Source of the DNA: a virus | Length of the DNA: 44,248 nucleotides | IMG/VR virus record: IMGVR_UViG_3300021057_000017 | Coordinates: 1-44,248 of that record | Reading direction: 5' to 3' (one strand) | Shown here: piece by piece, positions 8,807-17,340 of the stretch | How the letters are laid out: each line of letters begins with the position of its first letter | Numbering within the stretch: the first letter of the stretch is position 1 | Notes under the pieces: generated by a model | What the model saw: the letters and a program-made list of their open reading frames with translations, nothing else | Database searches by the model: none | What the model was told of the DNA's origin: nothing | Program-made: the position numbers and the translations under genes

Positions 8807-9082
8807 ATGGCAGAAACCTCAGCATTCCAGTTTGAAAAGATTGAAGCAACGGATAAACCAAAGGCCCTCTCCTCTTCCTTATATCAGGGTGCGGAAAAGG
8901 CGTTTCTTACCTGCGAGGGTGAGTGCCGATTCCGGTATGACGGACAAGACCCAACCTCATCCGAAGGGCATCATCTCCGTGACGGCGCACACCTCATCCT
9001 TAAAGGTATCTGCCAAATACAAAGTTTTAGATTCATTAACTGCGGAGAACCCGCAATCCTACAAGTCAGCTACGAGAGGTAA
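8807..9082 (+). CDS. Hypothetical small beta-rich structural-module protein
   Basis: 91 aa; a purine-rich aaggaaataag lies immediately upstream of the ATG. Preferred over the overlapping 8832..9155 frame because 9085 follows directly. Shares a loose pattern with 9672..9977. Confidence 0.5.
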   Translation: MAETSAFQFEKIEATDKPKALSSSLYQGAEKAFLTCEGECRFRYDGQDPTSSEGHHLRDGAHLILKGICQIQSFRFINCGEPAILQVSYER

Positions 9083-9084
9083 CT

Positions 9085-9675
9085 ATGGAAACCGGATTAA
9101 ACGGTCACAAAACAGTTCGCGAGGTTGTGTCAGGGGTAAAGATTGTCGAGTCTGAGTACCGCATTCAAAAGCCTGTCTTTGAAGACGTGAAGATTGAACG
9201 TCCCGTCTATACCAATAAGCAGATCGAGATCCCGGTTGGCATGGAAGCCGCGCTCGATAAGGTGGCGCTTCTTCTCTATGAGAAGCTTCTTAACCGCCTC
9301 CAAGACACCTTTGATAAGCGCCTGGAAGAGTCCATTTCAAAGCGCCTCGCTCAAATTGAGGCCCCCAAGATCATCTACAAAGAAGAATTAAACATTATAA
9401 AAAAAGACGTTGAGGTCATTAACCCAATCCTTAAAGACATGCCCGTCAATAACGCCATCGTAACTGACGTTCCGGTCAATAACGCCGTCGTAAAGGATGT
9501 TCCCGTAGTCAATGCTGTCATTAAGGACATCGAAGTCACAAATGCCATTCTTAAAGACCGGGTTGTGATTCAGCCTATTTTTGAGGAAGTTGTTATTCAA
9601 AAGCCAAAGTGGGTTGAAAAGGAAGTCACGGCAATCCACATCAAATACGTTGACCCGAAAGGCAACCCTGAATGA
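9085..9675 (+). CDS. Structural-module protein with tandem decapeptide repeats
   Basis: 196 aa. Repeat units are DMPVNNAIVT/DVPVNNAVVK/DVPVVNAVIK/DIEVTNAILK/DRVVIQPIFE. Confidence 0.6.
   Translation: METGLNGHKTVREVVSGVKIVESEYRIQKPVFEDVKIERPVYTNKQIEIPVGMEAALDKVALLLYEKLLNRLQDTFDKRLEESISKRLAQIEAPKIIYKEELNIIKKDVEVINPILKDMPVNNAIVTDVPVNNAVVKDVPVVNAVIKDIEVTNAILKDRVVIQPIFEEVVIQKPKWVEKEVTAIHIKYVDPKGNPE
9436..9585 (+). repeat. Five tandem 30-bp coding repeats
   Basis: Units gacatgcccgtcaataacgccatcgtaact and gacgttccggtcaataacgccgtcgtaaag, then three progressively diverged units. Confidence 0.8.
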
Positions 9676-9977
9676 TTACCGCAGACCAAACAGCAAAACT
9701 AACCTTTACGGCAGGAGGCAAATCCCTCACGAATGCAACGGCTGGTGTTGCCCTGGACACAGACACAGCCTGCGACTACGTAGACATTACGTGCGCCGGA
9801 GGGCTTATGGCGATTGGGGACTCCACAGCTGTAAGAGCGGACTCAACTGCCACAGGTCTTATTCTCACCCCAGGCTCCACGTTTTACAGGATTTATTGCA
9901 CGAACCTAAACCAAGTTTACGTTTCTGGAGCTACGGGAACTAGAGCCGCTTATGTCTATTGGACCAAAACTACATAA
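9672..9977 (+). CDS. Hypothetical small beta-rich structural-module protein
   Basis: 101 aa with an ATGA overlap to 9085..9675. Confidence 0.5.
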   Translation: MITADQTAKLTFTAGGKSLTNATAGVALDTDTACDYVDITCAGGLMAIGDSTAVRADSTATGLILTPGSTFYRIYCTNLNQVYVSGATGTRAAYVYWTKTT

Positions 9978-11301
9978 ATTAATTTTCTTAATATTCATTC
10001 TTGTTTTTATCCCAACTCATTCTTTCGCTCTTATTTCAGCCGTGGAAGAGGAAGACGGCTCCCCCTCTACATTCCCCTGGAAGATTAAATTCGCAAACGG
10101 AAACGTTACGGATAACGGAGACGGAACAGTTTCTATTGCTGACCAGACAGGTGCAGGCGGAGGTGACGCGATAACCGTAAACGCCGTGGCTGTCACAGAC
10201 CCCGACTTTGCCGACAGCATCTATACCGACATTACAAATAGCTCCAATACTCTTAACTGGAAGTTTAACTATAACGCCGCATCCGGTGACCTGGGCCTCG
10301 CCGCCAACGAAGTCGCATTCTCTTTAAATGGGCTTACATCCGAGGGCGCAACCGCCAACACCATTGAAGGGCGGTTCGTGTTTCCTGATTGGGCAACCGC
10401 AGACAAAGACATCACCTTCCAGGACGCCACCCATACCGTCGTCGGGCGCGACACGACCGACACGCTGACGAATAAGACCCTTAACTCAGCCGATAACGTC
10501 ATTCATGCGGATACGTCCGTCGCTCTGGCCGCCAATGGCTCGAACTGTTCAGCCGGCCAGGCCGCCGGTGGAGTAAATGCGTCGGGAGCCGCGGAAGATT
10601 GCACAGCGTATCAAGCCTCAGACGCTACTCTTACAGCCATCGCCGCCTATAACACAAATGGCCTTCTAACCCAGACCGCCGCCGACACTTTCGCAGGGCG
10701 CACCATCACAGGAACAACAGGCGACATCGCCGTCACGAATGGGAACGGTGTCTCAGGAAATCCAACCCTCGAAATTGACGATCACACGGGGTCCATCTGG
10801 CTAGGTGTCAACGCTGGAACTTGTCGCACGGACAATGGTTGTACAGACTCTACGAAGGCAGAGACAGCCACCAATAAAATCAATTACTACTCAGCCTCCT
10901 TTGCCGCGGATGCGGACGACTTCTGGCAAACAATCATTAAGCTTCCATCAAATTACAACGCTGGAACTTTTACGGGTCGGGTGATCTGGACTGGCACGAC
11001 CGAAGCCTCAGCCACCGTTGTTTGGGGTATCCAAGGAGTATGTCTCGCCGATGATGATGCGCTTGATACAGCCTTCGGAACCGCTGTCACTGTATCAGAT
11101 GATGTGACAGTCACAGGTGACTATCAAGTGACGGCGGAGTCTTCTGCCATCACGTTTGGAAACACTTGCGCGGCCGGGGATACGGCGGTCGTTCAAGTCT
11201 ACCGTGATCCTGACAACGCATCTGATGACGCGACCAACGCCGCCAAGATGATTGGAGTTCTATTGACGTACACAAAGACTCAGCTTTCGACTGGTGATTG
11301 A
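9952..11301 (+). CDS. Tail-fibre-like protein with N-terminal signal peptide
   Basis: 449 aa. MSIGPKLHKLIFLIFILVFIPTHSFA is signal-like. Fibre-type motifs are DTLTNKTLNS and TGDIAVTNGNGVSGNPTLEI. Confidence 0.6.
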   Translation: MSIGPKLHKLIFLIFILVFIPTHSFALISAVEEEDGSPSTFPWKIKFANGNVTDNGDGTVSIADQTGAGGGDAITVNAVAVTDPDFADSIYTDITNSSNTLNWKFNYNAASGDLGLAANEVAFSLNGLTSEGATANTIEGRFVFPDWATADKDITFQDATHTVVGRDTTDTLTNKTLNSADNVIHADTSVALAANGSNCSAGQAAGGVNASGAAEDCTAYQASDATLTAIAAYNTNGLLTQTAADTFAGRTITGTTGDIAVTNGNGVSGNPTLEIDDHTGSIWLGVNAGTCRTDNGCTDSTKAETATNKINYYSASFAADADDFWQTIIKLPSNYNAGTFTGRVIWTGTTEASATVVWGIQGVCLADDDALDTAFGTAVTVSDDVTVTGDYQVTAESSAITFGNTCAAGDTAVVQVYRDPDNASDDATNAAKMIGVLLTYTKTQLSTGD

Positions 11302-11666
11302 TGAAACTTATTTTTTTCTTAGTTCTATTTCTTGCCTTCTGCCAGAACTTACGTGCTGAAGACGTTTCTCTGAAGATTGCTGAAGTCATAGAGCCTGACG
11401 GGCGAACCAGGTACGACCTTCATTTTGACGGTGGATTCCATTCGTTTTGGAGCTTTGAAGAACTAGAAAAATTTGGCACCCATAAAGAAAAAGGATGTGA
11501 ATTTGACTGCTCAGATGATGAAGCCACAAAGAATCGTCGGCTGATCATGAAATCCTATATTGAAGCCAACGGCGTAAGCAAAACAGTCTCTGACCTTAAA
11601 ACTAAGGAAAAGACTTTTACTGTATTAAAGTCCGAACCCATTGTTCAGGAGAAACTAAGTGTTTAA
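11298..11666 (+). CDS. Secreted protein (signal peptide)
   Basis: 122 aa. MMKLIFFLVLFLAFCQNLRA|EDV. ATGA overlap with the upstream gene. Confidence 0.6.
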   Translation: MMKLIFFLVLFLAFCQNLRAEDVSLKIAEVIEPDGRTRYDLHFDGGFHSFWSFEELEKFGTHKEKGCEFDCSDDEATKNRRLIMKSYIEANGVSKTVSDLKTKEKTFTVLKSEPIVQEKLSV

Positions 11667-12801
11667 GATTTTCATTTCAGTTCTATTGCTAACCATTTCG
11701 CCATGCGTGTTTGCTAACGATGCCCCTTGGGGGGGTGGACCTGGTCGGTTTGCTGTTGGATTTGGTGATGCTGGTACAGCTACTAGCACAACCATAAACA
11801 CAAACTTCGTCAAAGACACATCTGGTCAGTTCATAGGGGTTCATTTTTCATCCCCTGTAAGCCAGACAAGTGGGAGTTTAACGTGGTACGTCTATTGCAC
11901 TGCACAGACTGGTACTACGGACCTAACTGCCGCAAAGATTTATCCAGGACCAACGGGGACTGAAGACGATGATAGGCCAGCAGTCGGAGCAAGCGAACTA
12001 GCCACTTCTGGAACTGTAGACGCTTCAGGTTGCGGTACGGCTCAATGGCTTACCTACTCATTTACCGGAGTGACTCTTACTCAAGGTAATCATTATTGGT
12101 TAGGTGTCTACAACACTGAAGCTGATCCAGTAAATAATACTGTTTCTATTATGACAAGAGGCTTAGATGATGGATTTCTAACCAATGCCACATTTACTAC
12201 ATGGGGAGTCATGACAACCTCTGACGGTTTCGCAACAGATTCAGTCAATAGCGCAACTCAACTGTCCCCAACCGTTCTAAAGTTTAATAATGGTTCAGTT
12301 TTCGGTATGCCTTATGTGGCAGCTGGAGCGGCCCACGCAAATAACACAAATATGCGTGGGATGAGGGTGTATTTCACGGAAGATGTCAAGGTTGGGTGCG
12401 TTGATATGCAAGCGACGGACACTTCTTTCAATTTCAATACATTTGAAATTTACGATGGAGCAAACTCCATAAAGTCTATCACATGGGACCGTTACTCAGA
12501 AGCCAATAGCGGTGAATTGTGTTTTTCTTCCGTTACCTTGACTGGTGGTGTTGATTATGACTTTGTTGTCACATTCTCTGCCGCTGACAACGCCGGGACG
12601 ACTCACACGATGGGGAACAACCCGCCAGCAGATGTCCAGGTCATAGGCCAAAACTGGACTTACGTTGATGGGGCTACGGCTGGCTCTTTAACAGAGGCTA
12701 CAACTACAGCATGGTTCGGAACGATCATTCTTGATGACAATCCAGCTATTTCTTCAAGTAGTGGCACAAACGCCAATCAATCTGTGGCGGTGGGGTACTG
12801 A
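11659..12801 (+). CDS. Secreted S/T/G-rich beta protein (fibre/adhesin-like)
   Basis: 380 aa with a GTG start. FKIFISVLLLTISPCVFA|NDAP is a signal peptide. The composition resembles the C-terminal half of the 2497..3561 product. Confidence 0.6.
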   Translation: MFKIFISVLLLTISPCVFANDAPWGGGPGRFAVGFGDAGTATSTTINTNFVKDTSGQFIGVHFSSPVSQTSGSLTWYVYCTAQTGTTDLTAAKIYPGPTGTEDDDRPAVGASELATSGTVDASGCGTAQWLTYSFTGVTLTQGNHYWLGVYNTEADPVNNTVSIMTRGLDDGFLTNATFTTWGVMTTSDGFATDSVNSATQLSPTVLKFNNGSVFGMPYVAAGAAHANNTNMRGMRVYFTEDVKVGCVDMQATDTSFNFNTFEIYDGANSIKSITWDRYSEANSGELCFSSVTLTGGVDYDFVVTFSAADNAGTTHTMGNNPPADVQVIGQNWTYVDGATAGSLTEATTTAWFGTIILDDNPAISSSSGTNANQSVAVGY

Positions 12802-13001
12802 TGAGCGACCCAACCTTAAGCGTTATTAACCAAAAGATAGACATCCTGATTGATCGGCAGGCGGCGATTAAGACTCAGGTTGAGAAGACGAACGGCAGAG
12901 TCACGGTCTTAGAGCGCTTTATGCACATCAGCATGGGGGGAGCCATCGTCTTCTCCGCCATGAGTCTTCCGAGGCTCGTACAACTTTTACTAGGTAGTTA
13001 A
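12801..13001 (+). CDS. Small protein with C-terminal TM helix (lysis-module candidate)
   Basis: 66 aa with an ATGA-type overlap. C-terminus ISMGGAIVFSAMSLPRLVQLLLGS. Confidence 0.45.
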   Translation: MSDPTLSVINQKIDILIDRQAAIKTQVEKTNGRVTVLERFMHISMGGAIVFSAMSLPRLVQLLLGS

Positions 13002-13015
13002 AAAAGGAGGAACAA

Positions 13016-13186
13016 ATGGACTTCATTATGGATTTAGGCAACAAGCTCGCACCCTGGGTCGCGGTGCTTTGGTGCGTTGATGCGCTCCTTAAGACGCTGG
13101 CACCCCTCACGCCCACGAAGATTGATGACAACGTAGCCGACGTTTTGGGAAAGATTCTGGCTAAGTTTTTTCGTAAAGGGCAGTAA
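13016..13186 (+). CDS. Small membrane protein, holin-like candidate (56 aa)
   Basis: Not in the track. AAGGAGG lies 5 nt before the ATG. The product is MDFIMDLGNKLAPWVAVLWCVDALLKTLAPLTPTKIDDNVADVLGKILAKFFRKGQ. Confidence 0.5.
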   Translation: MDFIMDLGNKLAPWVAVLWCVDALLKTLAPLTPTKIDDNVADVLGKILAKFFRKGQ

Positions 13187-13241
13187 TAAGCCTACTGCCG
13201 GACTAAGGCGTGTCATCGCCTTACTTCAGCTGATAGAAGGA

Positions 13242-13448
13242 GTGCGGATTGAGCGGGGAAGGTTGATAAGTCCTAGCGGAATTGAATACCTAGGATTCAA
13301 GGTCACGATAGGCGCAACTGACCCCGCTGATACGAAAAGAACGTATGAAGACATTGAGAAGATTTTCAAGTCTAATCAACAGACTTATCATACGTTTGAA
13401 GAGCGTACTGAAAAAGGCACCTTTAAAAGGTACATCGTCGAAACTTGA
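13242..13448 (+). CDS. Hypothetical protein
   Basis: 68-aa track ORF. The GTG start directly abuts aaggag, so the true start is uncertain. Confidence 0.35.
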   Translation: MRIERGRLISPSGIEYLGFKVTIGATDPADTKRTYEDIEKIFKSNQQTYHTFEERTEKGTFKRYIVET

Positions 13449-13633
13449 ACGAAACTATCCTGATGGGAAAGGTTGAGATAAATATGCGCCCCATGAGGGT
13501 TAAAGTCTATGAGATTCAGGACGAATTAAACCAGCTTGATCAGAAGATCTTTAAGATTAAGACAGAGCAAAAACTTCAAAACGAGATTCGCGATCAACTT
13601 AAGGTGATTAGGAAGCTTCTCAATGCGCTGTGA
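13445..13633 (+). CDS. Hypothetical coiled-coil protein
   Basis: 62-aa track ORF with a TTG start. Internal ATGs are alternative starts. Confidence 0.35.
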   Translation: MNETILMGKVEINMRPMRVKVYEIQDELNQLDQKIFKIKTEQKLQNEIRDQLKVIRKLLNAL

Positions 13634-14376
13634 CTAAGACAGTTTGGCTCTACGACTCGCATTGCCCCTACAATATCCCGCTTAAGCCCCTTATTTCCTA
13701 CCTGAAGGATGAACAGCCACAAGTCTTCGGCCTTGGCGGTGACAACATCGACTTCGGCTGCATCTCCCACTGGAACGATGCCAACTTTAGACACATAGGC
13801 TTCGATCAAGTCCGCAAGAATCTAAAGCACGAGGCTGGACTCTTCAGGGAGCAACTAGCCGCCTTTAGACGCGCCCTACCCAAGTCCGACATCATCTACA
13901 TCCCCGGCAACCACGAAGCCTGGCTTACAGGTTTCTGTGAGAAGTACCCACAGATGGGCGAAGGTATGGACCTAGAGTCCCTGCTAGGTCTTAAGAAGCT
14001 TAAAATTAAGCTCCAGCCTAACCGCGCCTTCTACAAGCTAGGTAAGCTCTACTTCTGCCACGGGGATCAGGTGTCGGGCCAGAAGCCAGCCGAAAAGTTT
14101 GTAACCCGTTATCAGAGAAACATCGTCTTTGGTCATTTTCATTCCTGCGAGATTGCGCCCAACTACTCTCCCCTAGACTCTAAAAATAGACACATGGCAA
14201 TACAGGTTCCTTGTTATAGAACCTTAGAAGCCGATTACATGAACGGAAAGGCGACTAAGTGGTGTCATGGGTTCTTTTGGGCGCACATAAGACCTTCGGG
14301 GAACTTTACGGCGGGACTTCAGTTCGTGTCCCCGGATGGGGCGTTTATTACTCAGTCAGGCAAAGAGTACAGATAG
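13630..14376 (+). CDS. Metallophosphoesterase (calcineurin-like phosphatase/nuclease fold)
   Basis: All five signature blocks occur in order: DSH, GGDNID, GNHE, CHGD, GHFH. Confidence 0.8.
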   Translation: MTKTVWLYDSHCPYNIPLKPLISYLKDEQPQVFGLGGDNIDFGCISHWNDANFRHIGFDQVRKNLKHEAGLFREQLAAFRRALPKSDIIYIPGNHEAWLTGFCEKYPQMGEGMDLESLLGLKKLKIKLQPNRAFYKLGKLYFCHGDQVSGQKPAEKFVTRYQRNIVFGHFHSCEIAPNYSPLDSKNRHMAIQVPCYRTLEADYMNGKATKWCHGFFWAHIRPSGNFTAGLQFVSPDGAFITQSGKEYR

Positions 14377-14378
14377 TA

Positions 14379-14657
14379 CTAAAGCCTTGGATTCGTTCTC
14401 TCGCCTCTTAACTGCTTTTTAATCGCATCTGGGTGGTGGGCGTTTCTAGAGTGCTTCTGACCATACAGGCTGGGTTTTCGGTGTTTAAGTAGCGCCTGGT
14501 CCTCCGCTCGCCTTAGCTCTTCCCCGCTTAAAAGCCTCTCTTCGACTATCTTTACCTTTCTGAGTTCGATGCGCCTTTCTTTCTTAATTTGAGACCTGAC
14601 CAGTGCGAAGAGACTTAGCTTGCTTTCAAGGACGGAGATGAACGCTTGCTTAAGCAC
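14379..14657 (-). CDS. Hypothetical basic protein
   Basis: 92-aa track ORF, last gene of the minus-strand block, convergent with 13630..14376. Confidence 0.45.
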   Translation of the reverse strand: MLKQAFISVLESKLSLFALVRSQIKKERRIELRKVKIVEERLLSGEELRRAEDQALLKHRKPSLYGQKHSRNAHHPDAIKKQLRGERTNPRL

Positions 14658-14725
14658 CTTTTATATGCCTTTCTTTTGCGTTTTAAAGCCCACCATGACG
14701 TTTTAACCCTATAACCCATGCCTGG

Positions 14726-15133
14726 CTATGGAACGAACGTTCTAGAGGTCTTTGGGGCGCACCTATCCTTTTCGGAGATAATGTGCGGCTCAGAAGGCCA
14801 CAAGTGAAAATTTGTCCAGTGTAAGCTTTTATCCGTCTCAGGATTGTATTGGCCCTTGATTTTATAGATGATGAGAGACGGCTCTAGGGCTAGAAAGCCG
14901 TGATAAGACCCTTCGTGGCAAAGCATCGTTTCTTTCGGAGAGAGTTCTGCATAGATGTTTCTTTTGGGGCCCAAAACAACATCAAATATTCTTCCTGAAA
15001 GAACCGTTATTTCTTTTTCCTGGGTGCCATGAAAACCTCTCAAGACACCTTTATGCGAGAAAGACGCACAGTGACGATAGGTGCCGTCAAATAGCAACTC
15101 CACGAAATAACCCCTATCGTCTTTGTGTATCAA
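14726..15133 (-). CDS. dTDP-4-dehydrorhamnose 3,5-epimerase (RmlC)-like cupin, N-terminally short
   Basis: DDRGYFVE, SHKGVLRGFHG, RIFDVVLG, EGSYHGFLAL, IIYK and SEKD align in order with RmlC blocks (DERGFF, KGVLRGLH, FDVAVD, GFAHGF, Y, SxKD). The catalytic His, Lys, Tyr and Asp are retained. The TTG start sits right at the DRG motif. Confidence 0.8.
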   Translation of the reverse strand: MIHKDDRGYFVELLFDGTYRHCASFSHKGVLRGFHGTQEKEITVLSGRIFDVVLGPKRNIYAELSPKETMLCHEGSYHGFLALEPSLIIYKIKGQYNPETDKSLHWTNFHLWPSEPHIISEKDRCAPKTSRTFVP

Positions 15134-15161
15134 TTCTTATTCTTCCTCTTCTTCCTCTTTG

Positions 15162-15190
15162 GTTTGGGTGTGCGGGTCATGTGATATAAT
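15162..15190 (+). promoter_or_regulatory. Candidate extended -10 promoter for the plus-strand microgene
   Basis: TGATATAAT at 15182-15190 is a perfect TGnTATAAT. The -35 is weak (gtttgg). Confidence 0.4.
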
Positions 15191-15215
15191 TCCCTTGAAC
15201 ACGAAAGGAATGCCC

Positions 15216-15353
15216 ATGGGTAAGAAACCTGAAACAAGCCTCAAGGGGCGCGATGCAAAGAATGGTCAATTCATTCCGGTGAAAGAAGCCAGAAGCCGCA
15301 AGAATACCGCCGTTGTCGAGCGCGTTCCCCTGCCAGGAAAAGGTCGGAAGTAG
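15216..15353 (+). CDS. Small basic protein (45 aa) on the opposite strand inside the early block
   Basis: MGKKPETSLKGRDAKNGQFIPVKEARSRKNTAVVERVPLPGKGRK, with GAAAGGA upstream. It is the internal Met of track ORF 15123..15353. The GRDxxxGxFxxVKEAxxxxxTxVVE pattern recalls a widespread small bacterial protein family. Confidence 0.5.
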   Translation: MGKKPETSLKGRDAKNGQFIPVKEARSRKNTAVVERVPLPGKGRK

Positions 15354-15355
15354 TC

Positions 15356-15760
15356 TCATAAGCCTTCGCTTTTTATTAGTCGGTAAAGATAAGACTGGTA
15401 ATAAGTGAAGGCTTCCTCCGAAGCCCTCGTAAGCTCAATTCCCGCCGACTCCATGACCCAAAACGTTGCGTGAAGAAGCTCATGCATGAGGTGAATAGTT
15501 TTGTCCTCGCTCCAGATAACGCCAACTTCCTGGCCCGATCGTTTAATCACGTAAAACTTCCCGTCCGAGCCTGATGGGTTAAAATCCACGCCCAACTCTT
15601 TCTTGGCGATCTTCAAAAACTTTGAGTTCGGCACCCCTGCTATAACGTAAAAATTCCTTGTATAGACAGGACAGAAGATGTGGAGAATGTTCTTAAACTT
15701 TTTGCAGACGTACTTACCTCCAGCCCTCTTCCCCTCTTTGGTGCGCCTCATGGCTTCCAA
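15356..15760 (-). CDS. Small HExxH-motif protein (putative zinc metallopeptidase)
   Basis: 134 aa with IHLMHELLHATFWVME. An alternative start at 15751 makes an ATGA overlap with the upstream microgene. Confidence 0.55.
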   Translation of the reverse strand: MEAMRRTKEGKRAGGKYVCKKFKNILHIFCPVYTRNFYVIAGVPNSKFLKIAKKELGVDFNPSGSDGKFYVIKRSGQEVGVIWSEDKTIHLMHELLHATFWVMESAGIELTRASEEAFTYYQSYLYRLIKSEGL

Positions 15761-15849
15761 CTAAAAATGATTCCAAAAATAACTTTAATAATGATGTATC
15801 CGATAACGAATGCTCCTACTGCCGCAAGGAACCTTTCAAGCTCCGTCAT
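15748..15849 (-). CDS. 33-aa single-TM microprotein
   Basis: MTELERFLAAVGAFVIGYIIIKVIFGIIFSWKP, with ATGA overlaps at both ends. Confidence 0.4.
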   Translation of the reverse strand: MTELERFLAAVGAFVIGYIIIKVIFGIIFSWKP

Positions 15850-16091
15850 CCAAAAAGCTCCTCTATGTTCTTAATCATTTGGGTGCGCGCATCGTTCCAA
15901 CCATCACATTTACCAGGGCGGTCACCATATTTATATCCACAACCATTACACTCCTCCGGCACCGCCCCCATCACTAAGGCTTTGAGGGAGGCGATTGTGT
16001 CCTCTGTGCTTACGTAGCTTCCTTCATCATCGAATGAGCCTACATACTGACTTTCACCCCACTTAAAGAGAATTTCCTTAACCTTATTCAT
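15846..16091 (-). CDS. Hypothetical protein
   Basis: 81-aa track ORF, coupled to its neighbours. Confidence 0.5.
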   Translation of the reverse strand: MNKVKEILFKWGESQYVGSFDDEGSYVSTEDTIASLKALVMGAVPEECNGCGYKYGDRPGKCDGWNDARTQMIKNIEELFG

Positions 16092-16749
16092 GTGCGCCCC
16101 TTATCTTCTTAAGTGCGGCCTGGGCTTTTCCGACTATTTCCTCGGCATCCAAACACTCAGCGAATGTTAAATGTTTGCGGCTGGCGATAAAATCAAGCGC
16201 CTCCTCCGCGCACTCCAAAGCCTTCTGTAGAGAGGTAATTTTCTTCTGGAATGTCTCGTAATCACAAACCTGGCAATCACCATCCAGAGTGTTTTCTTTG
16301 TGAGACTCAATCTCCTTCTGTAGAGCCTCTTTCTCTTGGAGGTGGGCGGCGATCTGCGATTCAAGCTCATCGCATTTCTCAGCATAGACACGTTCGCCGA
16401 CAAACTGTTCATAGTGACGAACTTTTTCGGCAAGCTCCTTATTCTCAATCATGTAGGCATCGCCTCTGGCCTGTAACTTTGGAATCAAACAATGCGGACA
16501 AGAAACATGAATAACAGATCTAGGGGCGTAAAACTTCTTGGTGCATGTCGTGCAGATAGCAATATCTGCGCGCTCAGCCTCAGCCTTTTCCAATGCGCCC
16601 CCAAGCTCCTCCCTCACCTTCCTATCTGTGTCGAGGAGGGCGGCGGCTATGATGGCTAACTTCTCATCCTCCCAAGATTTTGAAATCATAGTTGCTTCTG
16701 GAAAAACCTTGTAGAGTAGCTCCTTCGCTACTTGTTCATAGGGGGTCAT
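16084..16749 (-). CDS. Coiled-coil protein with central zinc ribbon
   Basis: 221 aa with CTTC...CPHC flanked by long helical segments. Confidence 0.55.
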   Translation of the reverse strand: MTPYEQVAKELLYKVFPEATMISKSWEDEKLAIIAAALLDTDRKVREELGGALEKAEAERADIAICTTCTKKFYAPRSVIHVSCPHCLIPKLQARGDAYMIENKELAEKVRHYEQFVGERVYAEKCDELESQIAAHLQEKEALQKEIESHKENTLDGDCQVCDYETFQKKITSLQKALECAEEALDFIASRKHLTFAECLDAEEIVGKAQAALKKIRGAHE

Positions 16750-16934
16750 TTAGTATCCTTCGCACAAGATGGGCAAGGCTCTTTGATCTGCTCAGAACCA
16801 AAAACGACTTGCGATCCTTCAATGTCAGGGTCTTGGGCATCTAAAGCCATATCCCTGGTGACAGTTTCATAATGCGGGACTTCACGATAGATAAAACCCT
16901 CGTCGCCACAAACTACGCATTTATACTGACTCAT
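16746..16934 (-). CDS. Zinc-ribbon microprotein
   Basis: 62 aa with CVVC...CPSC and an ATGA overlap. Confidence 0.5.
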   Translation of the reverse strand: MSQYKCVVCGDEGFIYREVPHYETVTRDMALDAQDPDIEGSQVVFGSEQIKEPCPSCAKDTK

Positions 16935-16965
16935 CTGCCCACTCCTTCTGTGTGTGGTGCGCGTC

Positions 16966-17190
16966 TCAATAATGAATATTGACCGAAAAAACTTTTTCTT
17001 TCACAAACTTTGTCCAGAATCCATGACACTTGATATACTCCCACTCCTCCCCGTCTTTAAGCATATTGTTCTTACAGTTAACGCATTTCTTAGGGTTTTT
17101 ATGATGTTCAACAGCCACTTCCCAATCTAGGAAATCTTTATACTCTAGGCGGCATCTATAAATCTCTCTAATTAGGTCTCTAACGTTCAT
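16966..17190 (-). CDS. Hypothetical Cys-containing protein
   Basis: 74-aa track ORF with GGAGGGAGG upstream. Confidence 0.5.
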   Translation of the reverse strand: MNVRDLIREIYRCRLEYKDFLDWEVAVEHHKNPKKCVNCKNNMLKDGEEWEYIKCHGFWTKFVKEKVFSVNIHY

Positions 17191-17214
17191 TCCGCCTCCC
17201 TCCGTCAGTAGAGG

Positions 17215-17340
17215 TCAAGGTTTGCGCGCCCCACATTTGCATTTGAGTTTTAAGCACGTGTAATAATAATTTTTACATCCCGTGCAATGAACATAGCGGT
17301 GACGATGCGCCCCCTTCTTCCTCGCGCTTGAGTTCTTCAT
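17215..17340 (-). CDS. Cys-rich basic microprotein (41 aa)
   Basis: MKNSSARKKGAHRHRYVHCTGCKNYYYTCLKLKCKCGARKP, with an ATGA overlap to 17337..17561. Confidence 0.4.
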   Translation of the reverse strand: MKNSSARKKGAHRHRYVHCTGCKNYYYTCLKLKCKCGARKP

